Shown in pieces: positions 17,720 through 24,102 of a stretch of DNA of 24,102 bases. The translations under genes were made by a program, and so were the position numbers. The notes below the pieces were generated by a model. The model saw nothing but the letters and a program-made list of their open reading frames with translations. It searched no databases and was not told where the DNA came from. Within the stretch, counting starts at the first letter, position 1. Every line of letters starts with the position of its first letter. The stretch covers positions 4,457 to 28,558 of the forward strand of contig JBEQLE010000059.1 of the NCBI GenBank assembly GCA_040326155.1, in the 5' to 3' direction. Source of the stretch: Leptospirales bacterium. Its GTDB lineage: Bacteria; Spirochaetota; Leptospiria; Turneriellales; JAOUFE01.

Positions 17720-18802
17720 ATGAAGTATGATTTACAATTTAAAGAACATCTGGAAGATCTTTACTTAAACAAAGCAAATTCTAATGCGTCTAATGTTTTT
17801 CTTGAGTTTGAATTAACCGGAAAATGTAGAAATAAATGTTTTTTTTGTGGTAACTTTTCGCAATCTCATGGTCCAGAGCTCAATTTTAAACAGTTAAAAA
17901 AGTTTATAAAAAAATTTTCTACTTATTATTTGCGTAAAGGAAAGCGGCCTATACTCTCTTTCTGCGGGGGGGACCCGGCGCTATATTCTTATTTTGACGA
18001 GCTGCTTTTATTTCTCGACAGATCGAAATTACCGTTTGTTATAAAAGGGAATCCTTCTACCATTGATGAAGACCATGTTTATCTACTGCAAAATCATGGC
18101 TGCATGGCTGTCAAGTTTACCTATCTCGGAGATAAAAAACTTCATAATGAAACACGGGGAAACGAGACGGTAGCAGATTTAATAGAAAAGACAAAGATGT
18201 TTCAATCTATGGAAATGCCGGTGTTGTGGAATTTGAGTGTTGGTAAATTTAACATGAATTCTATTGTAGAGTCGTTACCTTTTATACATGAAGCTCGACC
18301 GGACGCAATTATGATTGGGCGTCTGGCTAATATTGGAAAAATAAAGGATACAAAAGAGGAAAATCAAAACAACGAAATGACGGCTCCGGAATTTAAGAAA
18401 TTCTTAATGACGCTGTTAAATTATTACTATAAGAACTATGAAAATGGTTTTCATCTATCGTTTAAAGAAAAGTTATGGGTTCCACTACTTGCCGAGATGG
18501 GACTTCTGGACATAGAAAAATTAGATATTCCCCCCGAACACCTGGGCTGCGACGCTTACTGCCGTTCTTTTAATGTAAATAGCAGCGGAGATATCTCTTT
18601 ATGTGGGCTTTTATCTACAGATCAGCCTGCTGCGCTCAGCGAATTTGACATTGAAAAGGTATTAAAATTACGAACCCTTTCGATGAAAAACAATTCTTAT
18701 TGTCATGATTGCAAATACGGCCCGTACTGCCAGGGATGTCGCGCGATAGCATTGGCCAACACCGGGGATGTTTATGCAAAAGATCCTCATTGCTGGTTAT
18801 AG
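17720..18802 (+). CDS. Radical SAM protein with SPASM domain
   Basis: CRNKCFFC (CxxxCxxC) and GGDP. SPASM cysteines GC...GDISLC...CHDCKYGPYCQGCRAIA...GD...DPHCW. Confidence 0.92.
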   Translation: MKYDLQFKEHLEDLYLNKANSNASNVFLEFELTGKCRNKCFFCGNFSQSHGPELNFKQLKKFIKKFSTYYLRKGKRPILSFCGGDPALYSYFDELLLFLDRSKLPFVIKGNPSTIDEDHVYLLQNHGCMAVKFTYLGDKKLHNETRGNETVADLIEKTKMFQSMEMPVLWNLSVGKFNMNSIVESLPFIHEARPDAIMIGRLANIGKIKDTKEENQNNEMTAPEFKKFLMTLLNYYYKNYENGFHLSFKEKLWVPLLAEMGLLDIEKLDIPPEHLGCDAYCRSFNVNSSGDISLCGLLSTDQPAALSEFDIEKVLKLRTLSMKNNSYCHDCKYGPYCQGCRAIALANTGDVYAKDPHCWL

Positions 18803-18900
18803 ACTTTCTGTAATAAAGGTGATGGTGCTAATAATTTCCGGCTAAAATGAGTTTTACGGGTTGCCGTCGTGACTATGGTGTTTTATACGTCTTACTGACC

Positions 18901-19143
18901 ATGCAACGCAGACGAACTACATACAAAGCTCAGGCGCAGACCAGAGTAGCGAAACGTCCATTATTCGGGCTGGGTTCTTTTGATCGGGCAAATTACAAAT
19001 ATGGTGATTATCGTAAAAAAATCGACCCCGAGTTTCGTCCGTCATCGACTGGCCTGTTCTTGAAAACATTCAGGACAATTATGTCTTGCTCTATTTCTTT
19101 AGTTGTACTATTTGTTCCGTTTCGCAGCGTCGAGGGATTTTAG
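18901..19143 (+). CDS. Possible small basic protein with a hydrophobic C-terminus
   Basis: 80-aa ORF (MQRRRTTYK...SISLVVLFVPF...) fills the gap before the convergent TerB gene. No family recognised. Confidence 0.35.
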   Translation: MQRRRTTYKAQAQTRVAKRPLFGLGSFDRANYKYGDYRKKIDPEFRPSSTGLFLKTFRTIMSCSISLVVLFVPFRSVEGF

Positions 19144-19150
19144 GTAAACC

Positions 19151-20122
19151 TTACCGGGTTTTCAACTTCGCGTCAATAAAATCTTTATGGCTGAGTAATA
19201 AAGAGTGTGTGACGACTCTTAAATAGTTTTCTTCGTCAATATGAAACTCGTTGTCCGAACGAGCGATTACAAAAAGCTGCTCCAGAAAATCTTTTTTTTG
19301 CTCATAAGAACACGACTCAGTAATAATACGACTTAAATGGGTAAGTTCGTAATGGGTATCGGGAATTTTAACAATAGATTCTGTAATGTTCTTTGACTCG
19401 GTTTTGGAAGCTTCGCACTCTTTCTCGACCAATTTCTTCAACTCGGAAAGTTCTTTGGAATGAAACTCGTTATCGCAGTAAATAATTAACATGGCAATTC
19501 CAAGTTTTGCCGAGACAAGGGTTATATCGATTTTCGAATGTTCCTCCATGTTATTTTTTAAATGGGGGGCAATCGGGTTGGAGGCGTATTCTGCTGCGAG
19601 AGAATCAATACCGTACTCGTTTCCTTTGTCTTTTAACCCTTTTCTTATTCCACCCACGGCGCGGCTAAAATAAGAAATATCTGCATCATTCACCTGTTTT
19701 TTAATATAATTTAAAATCTCTTTTTCTTCGTCCTGAACGATATCGTCCGCTTCAACCATATCGTTAATGGCTTCCATAAATTCTGCTTTCTGGGCTTTCG
19801 ACTGAATTTCACTTACCAGCGTTTTGACCATATTTTCAATCTCTTGTTTGGATGGTTTCACCTGGCGGTAAAAATCAATCTCTCTCCACTCTGTTTCGGA
19901 GAGGCATCGGCCAAAGGCATAGTCCTTAATTAAATTCAGTTCAGATGTTTCGACATTGTCATCGAGGTAAGCTGTCGCCATCAAGAGTTTTAAAAACAGC
20001 ACCTGAGCGTCTCTGTCACTTGCATCTTGTACATATTCCGGGTTCTTGAAAATCTGCCCCAGTGGACTTTTCTTAGATGGTGAAATTAATTTTTGTACAC
20101 GGTCTTTAATACTTTGAAACAT
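19151..20122 (-). CDS. Tandem TerB-family protein
   Basis: Two TerB-like repeats: AYLDDNVETSELNLI / MVEADDIVQDEEKEIL and YCDNEFHSKELSEL / IARSDNEFHIDEENYLR. A GAGG RBS supports the start at 20122. Confidence 0.85.
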   Translation of the reverse strand: MFQSIKDRVQKLISPSKKSPLGQIFKNPEYVQDASDRDAQVLFLKLLMATAYLDDNVETSELNLIKDYAFGRCLSETEWREIDFYRQVKPSKQEIENMVKTLVSEIQSKAQKAEFMEAINDMVEADDIVQDEEKEILNYIKKQVNDADISYFSRAVGGIRKGLKDKGNEYGIDSLAAEYASNPIAPHLKNNMEEHSKIDITLVSAKLGIAMLIIYCDNEFHSKELSELKKLVEKECEASKTESKNITESIVKIPDTHYELTHLSRIITESCSYEQKKDFLEQLFVIARSDNEFHIDEENYLRVVTHSLLLSHKDFIDAKLKTR

Positions 20123-20367
20123 ACGGTCCTCTCTTTTGTCGTAGGCTTTTACGCATATGCAGTTTGTAAAGGACATTCCAGAGAAGTAGTCCGGTAGCAT
20201 TCCGAAGTGCGACCCAATGGTGTTTATTACCTTAACTTTTCGTAAATACCCGGGTCTTCGTCTGCCTGTTTTTTTGTTTTTTTTTGCCGACCTAATTACT
20301 CTTTGAAAACATTCAAAGGTTGAACAAGTGTAACTGTGAAAAATTTAAAGGCTCTTGTTATACGACA

Positions 20368-21453
20368 TCAATAAAAACCATCTGTAACACATCGAACACG
20401 TTTAATATTTGATTTTGCGTCATAATTAACGAGGCCATTAGTCATATCGATATACCACTCTTGTGTAAAATTGGTTACGTTTAATGTTGTGGACGTCATA
20501 TATAGCCCACTCGCGGTATTTGGGAATGCGGATTGATCAATGGCAGGGTTTGCGTTGGTATAGTCCACAATGCTTTTTAATTCATTTATATTCGGCAGCT
20601 TCCAGGTATAACCGTTTAAACTTAAGGAGTTGCAATAGCTTAGACCCGCTGTCCAGGTAACCACTTTTATGGTTCCCGAGGTGCAGTTTGAACCTGACAA
20701 GCCCGCGCTGCATTTTTGCCAGAGAAGGTTTGTTGACTTATCAAATACCGTACCATCTGACATATCAAGATAATCATTGGAGGAATCATAGGAACCCGAT
20801 ACGCATCGAAGGTTACGGCTATTTCCCTTTACTTCACTTGATGTCCAGCCAGTACTCGGGAAGACTACCATGGCATTCAATGTATCTGTGGGATCGGTGG
20901 TTGATGACCAGTCCCATGAGACTGCCACTATATTCGGAAAATAGGCTATATTAACTGCGGGAGAATATTCGCTATAATCTACAATAGTCCCAAGTTCCTG
21001 AATCGTGGGCATTTGCCAATTGGTTCTTCCGCCATACCCTGCACCTGCATTTAGTGCATTTAGAGCGTTGCATTGTGTACTCGCAGCGGTCCAGATATAG
21101 GTTGTATCGGCTCCTCCTGTACAATCTACGCCCGATTGTCCTTCGACACAGGTTGTCCATACCAGGCCGGTTCCGTTGTCTGTTGTGGTGTATTCGCCGG
21201 TAGCCTGATATTGGGTCGGGCCGGTAAAGTCGGCCGCGCGACCTTTTTGGTATTCACCATCCTGGCCGGTTCCCGAGCATGTTTCAACGGCTCCGGCCGT
21301 ATCCCAGCACTGGGTTTGCCCGGTGGCAAGAGGCGCAAGATACGATGCGTTTAGAATATCATCAACAAACTCGTTGGGAATACCCATAGGACAACGAAGT
21401 TGAAAAACACTGATAAAAAATATTATTGAAATGAACAATTTACCGGATTGCAT
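20368..21453 (-). CDS. DUF1566 (Lcl-like) double-domain protein, probable lipoprotein
   Basis: TGQTQCWD...GTGQDGEY leader. Two repeats of D..T.L.W..C..G.SG..C...W..A...C...W..P.I.EL..IVD...RCV. Signal peptide ends in Cys21. Confidence 0.88.
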   Translation of the reverse strand: MQSGKLFISIIFFISVFQLRCPMGIPNEFVDDILNASYLAPLATGQTQCWDTAGAVETCSGTGQDGEYQKGRAADFTGPTQYQATGEYTTTDNGTGLVWTTCVEGQSGVDCTGGADTTYIWTAASTQCNALNALNAGAGYGGRTNWQMPTIQELGTIVDYSEYSPAVNIAYFPNIVAVSWDWSSTTDPTDTLNAMVVFPSTGWTSSEVKGNSRNLRCVSGSYDSSNDYLDMSDGTVFDKSTNLLWQKCSAGLSGSNCTSGTIKVVTWTAGLSYCNSLSLNGYTWKLPNINELKSIVDYTNANPAIDQSAFPNTASGLYMTSTTLNVTNFTQEWYIDMTNGLVNYDAKSNIKRVRCVTDGFY

Positions 21454-22933
21454 ATTCTACTCCTGCTCCAATTCGAAAATATCCCAGGTTCTGATTGGAA
21501 TATAGAAAGCTTCCCATTGCCGCAGACAGGTTTATTTTCCATTTTCGGCTTTTTGTAAACCAGAAATACTGGTTAATTCCAATTTCGGGAGTGAAGGCGA
21601 CGTTATTAAAAGATGAACCGGTACTTGGTTCGCCATACACCTGGTAGTGAATATAAAAACCAATAAAAGGTGAAATTTCGTACCAGGAAGCAATCGTAAA
21701 AGGGCGATCTATTCGAAACCCCCCTCCTATAGATAACATATTAATGGTTACGGTTTGCGTGTTGTTTGTATGTAAAAGATAAAATTCCCCTGTTCCATAA
21801 AATAGCTGAACGGCAAACCCTGGTTGAATACCCCCGATCAGCTTCCAACCGGGTACAATTCCAGCTTCTGCATAGAATAGGCCTCCCAGATCGTCATATG
21901 GAAAACCCTCGCCTGCGTTGATGGCTGCGGGGTTTCCATCGGGGTGAATAAAACTGAAACTCTGTAGAAACGGATAACCGGCGGTAAGCCAGAACCTGGC
22001 GGTGGGACCGTCGGAGGAAAGCGGTTTCTTCGGGGGCATATGGAAAACAAATTTATAAAGAACTTCTTTTTTATTTTTTCCGGGCTTTCTTTTGGCAATG
22101 ATCATTTCATATTCGGTGTCATCTTCATTGAAGGTGCAGGTGTTTTTAACGCAGAGTTTTTTATTCATCGCCGCATAAGGTTTAAAAGTTTTACCCCAAA
22201 GAGTATATTCATATTGAACTTCAGAAACCCTGCGCACAAAGCGGATATGGTATGTAAATGTATCAATGTCAAATTCCGGTTTTAATTTTACTTTTACTTT
22301 TTTGTCTTGGCGAAGGGCCGTAATCGAAAAATCATCCAGAAACCCTTTAGGTGGGTTTTTAGTGCGGGCAATCAGTTTTTCAAGTTTCGCGTCACGGTTG
22401 CCGCGTCCCGGTTTTAGCGGCGGAAGGTTTGCAATGAATTCTTTCACTATAATTTTGGAAAGACTCTCTATTTTCGAAAATATGGTTCCGTCAATTTCGG
22501 CATACTCACTTTTAATTAAAATAGACTTATTGGAAATAGCGTCAACACCTTCGACCTGGATAAGAGCTGTGTATTTCTTGCCTTTCTTTTTAATTATATA
22601 GCGGCCGATAATTGCGGCTTCGCAGTTGAGTTTTAAGGCGAGCCGGGTAGCTTCTTTATCTGTAAGCTCTTTGAGTTTAATATTCGGGTTGATCTTCTTC
22701 AGGAGGGCGGCGTCCATGACCTCAAATCGCCCTGTAGCCAGAAGGTGAGCTTTCAGATTTTCAGCAATCGAAGAACTCATCCAGTCGTAGTCTTTATTAC
22801 CGATTACATTATCAAAGGGAATAATAAGAATTCGGGGTTTTACTTTGCCTGCTGCATGAACAGAACCCACGCCCAAAAAGAAAACAAAGGTAAATAACAC
22901 AAAAACACGAATTTTAATAAGAATATTTTTCAT
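21440..22933 (-). CDS. Secreted protein: TolB-N/FlgO/CsgG-like N-terminal domain, cadherin-like beta-sandwich and C-terminal outer-membrane beta-barrel
   Basis: Signal peptide ends in VHA. ILIIPFDN...DYDWMSSSIAENL motif, LKPEFDIDTFTY motif, and amphipathic beta strands ending RIGAGVEYAIR. Overlaps the DUF1566 gene by 14 nt. Confidence 0.65.
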   Translation of the reverse strand: MKNILIKIRVFVLFTFVFFLGVGSVHAAGKVKPRILIIPFDNVIGNKDYDWMSSSIAENLKAHLLATGRFEVMDAALLKKINPNIKLKELTDKEATRLALKLNCEAAIIGRYIIKKKGKKYTALIQVEGVDAISNKSILIKSEYAEIDGTIFSKIESLSKIIVKEFIANLPPLKPGRGNRDAKLEKLIARTKNPPKGFLDDFSITALRQDKKVKVKLKPEFDIDTFTYHIRFVRRVSEVQYEYTLWGKTFKPYAAMNKKLCVKNTCTFNEDDTEYEMIIAKRKPGKNKKEVLYKFVFHMPPKKPLSSDGPTARFWLTAGYPFLQSFSFIHPDGNPAAINAGEGFPYDDLGGLFYAEAGIVPGWKLIGGIQPGFAVQLFYGTGEFYLLHTNNTQTVTINMLSIGGGFRIDRPFTIASWYEISPFIGFYIHYQVYGEPSTGSSFNNVAFTPEIGINQYFWFTKSRKWKINLSAAMGSFLYSNQNLGYFRIGAGVEYAIR

Positions 22934-23091
22934 ATGGAAATCAATTTGCCTCAAGTTTCTGAATGCGGCTTAGTATACTATATCTAGCATAAACATTAAT
23001 TTCTATGTTATGTCAACAACGTTTCTTTGCAAATAATTAAACAGTTTATGTGAAAAACGAGATTTGCATTTTCCCCTCCCTGAACAAGAAG

Positions 23092-23137
23092 TAAATTCTA
23101 TAAGGAAAGCAGGAATGGGGGATAAGGAAGGCAGGAA
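23092..23137 (+). repeat. Purine-rich direct repeat, copy 1
   Basis: 44 of 46 nt identical to 23827..23872. Internal 22-bp period GATAAGGAAGGCAGGAATGGGG. Confidence 0.9.
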
Positions 23138-23171
23138 AAGATAAAGAAATTTCCGCACTCTTTCTAAACTC

Positions 23172-23222
23172 TATTCCTATATTCCTTATATTCTTCCTGT
23201 ATTCCTTACACTGTATTCCTTG
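23172..23222 (-). repeat. Inverted, degenerate AGGAAT-unit array (TATTCCT units)
   Basis: Four TATTCCT units plus a TTCCT unit, complementary in composition to the AGGAA(T) units of copy 1. Ends just before the GxxExxY stop codon. Confidence 0.7.
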
Positions 23223-23226
23223 CACC

Positions 23227-23604
23227 CTATTTTATTTCATAGATTACTCTTTTTACTTCGATAACCGCTTTATTAAAATTAATAATTAATCCATGTTTTA
23301 AATTTAAAGCTTTTAAATAAGAACGCACTATACTAAAATAGACACTATGAATACAGTTTACGGCTTTCAATTCAACGACGATTGTTTTTTCGATTAACAG
23401 ATCAAGACGATGTTCACCAACGCGCAACTGATCATAATAAATTGGTATTCCCTTTTGTTGTTCTATCTGGATATTGTTTTTAATTAACTCTATCACCATC
23501 GCTTTTTCATAAATCGATTCCAGAAAACCCGGACCAAGTTTCTTATGTACATTTATAGAAGCTCCGATCACAAGTTCCGTCAATTCTGATAATTCCAAAT
23601 CCAT
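23227..23604 (-). CDS. GxxExxY protein (PD-(D/E)xK nuclease fold)
   Basis: VHKKLGPGFLESIYEKA, RLDLLIEKTIVVELKAV and YLKA...GLIINF. A GGAG RBS supports the ATG at 23604. Confidence 0.93.
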   Translation of the reverse strand: MDLELSELTELVIGASINVHKKLGPGFLESIYEKAMVIELIKNNIQIEQQKGIPIYYDQLRVGEHRLDLLIEKTIVVELKAVNCIHSVYFSIVRSYLKALNLKHGLIINFNKAVIEVKRVIYEIK

Positions 23605-23657
23605 AACAACTCCCAAACAAAAGATTAACGCTCGATTATTTCGTACGTCTAATCCTA

Positions 23658-23686
23658 TAATAGACGATTTTTCCGTTTTTTTTCAT
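23658..23686 (-). promoter_or_regulatory. Third copy of the ATGAAA-N15-GTCTATTA promoter-like motif
   Basis: Same spacing as the motifs before both RHH genes, about 54 nt upstream of the GxxExxY start. Confidence 0.4.
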
Positions 23687-23719
23687 AATTCAAACATAAA
23701 TCGATAAAAAGTGCTGGGT

Positions 23720-23876
23720 AAAGGAATAAATTCGATAAGGAAGGCAGGAATGGGGGATGAGGAATTCAGGAATGGATTGTGACAGGTTTTCTCGCTATTT
23801 CAGTATTAAATTCTACTCCAAAGGAATAAATTCGATAAGGAAGGCAGGAATGGGGGATAAGGAAGGCAGGAATGGA
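23720..23876 (+). repeat. Purine-rich direct repeat, copies 2 and 3 (57 bp, 100-bp period)
   Basis: 23720..23776 and 23820..23876 are identical at 54 of 57 nt, with a 43-nt unique spacer. Confidence 0.92.
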
Positions 23877-23888
23877 GACAAAGAAGCC

Positions 23889-23920
23889 ATGAAGAGATGA
23901 AGAGATGAAGAGATGAAGAA
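23889..23920 (+). repeat. 8-bp tandem repeat (ATGAAGAG)x3 plus ATGAAGAA
   Basis: Read directly from the sequence. Confidence 0.9.
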
Positions 23921-23998
23921 AACATTATGAATAGTGTAAACATAAAAACTTTAGAAAAAGGATGCAGATCAAATAAAAAACGCAAGGGGTAGCGTAAA

Positions 23999-24024
23999 CC
24001 CGGGCGGGGCTTGCCCCGCTTGGG
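23999..24024. repeat. GC-rich REP-like hairpin
   Basis: CCCGGGCGGGG-CTTG-CCCCGCTTGGG, with a GTAG tetranucleotide about 10 nt upstream. Confidence 0.55.
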
Positions 24025-24102
24025 TGATACCGTATTAAAAATTGTGTCTAAAATAGGCCGTCCTTAAAAAGTTGAAATGCAAACAACAACCAAAAAAGGA
24101 CG

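Noticed and set aside
19151..20200. Longer ORF-track starts for TerB (20200), and likewise 22954, 23616, 10691, 6604, 4873 and 2682
   Set aside because: Downstream ATGs fit better with RBS, signal peptides or domain starts.
20368..21453. Diversity-generating retroelement target (DUF1566 has a CLec-like fold)
   Set aside because: No template repeat with adenine-specific mismatches, reverse transcriptase or Avd gene was seen. A remote DGR cannot be excluded.
23720..23876. CRISPR array
   Set aside because: Only two adjacent 57-bp copies, internally tandem and purine-rich rather than palindromic. No cas genes in the window.

Overview
Bacterial chromosomal window, most likely from a Leptospirales-like spirochaete (inferred from spirochaete-style lipoprotein signals, a DUF1566/Lcl protein and a SpvB/FG-GAP/Rhs protein; not provable from this window). 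The first 10.7 kb is mostly housekeeping: the 3' end of purL, a LOG-family protein, mazG, a UbiA/MqnP prenyltransferase with ubiX, a HEAT-like lipoprotein and rtcB. Two paralogous tandem ribbon-helix-helix-like genes and REP-like palindromes are interspersed. The centre holds a 2155-aa secreted fused TcB/TcC-like Rhs protein. It has an internal transmembrane hairpin ending in a lipobox-like Cys, and a C-terminal cargo carrying parvovirus-VP1-type phospholipase A2 motifs plus a long hydrophobic tail. It is followed by a radical SAM/SPASM enzyme rather than an obvious immunity gene. The right part has a double TerB protein, a beta-barrel/DUF1566 gene pair, and a GxxExxY nuclease-fold gene bracketed by near-identical purine-rich repeats. 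No tRNA, rRNA, CRISPR array, transposase or reverse transcriptase was recognised. All family calls come from motif recognition by eye, not from database searches.
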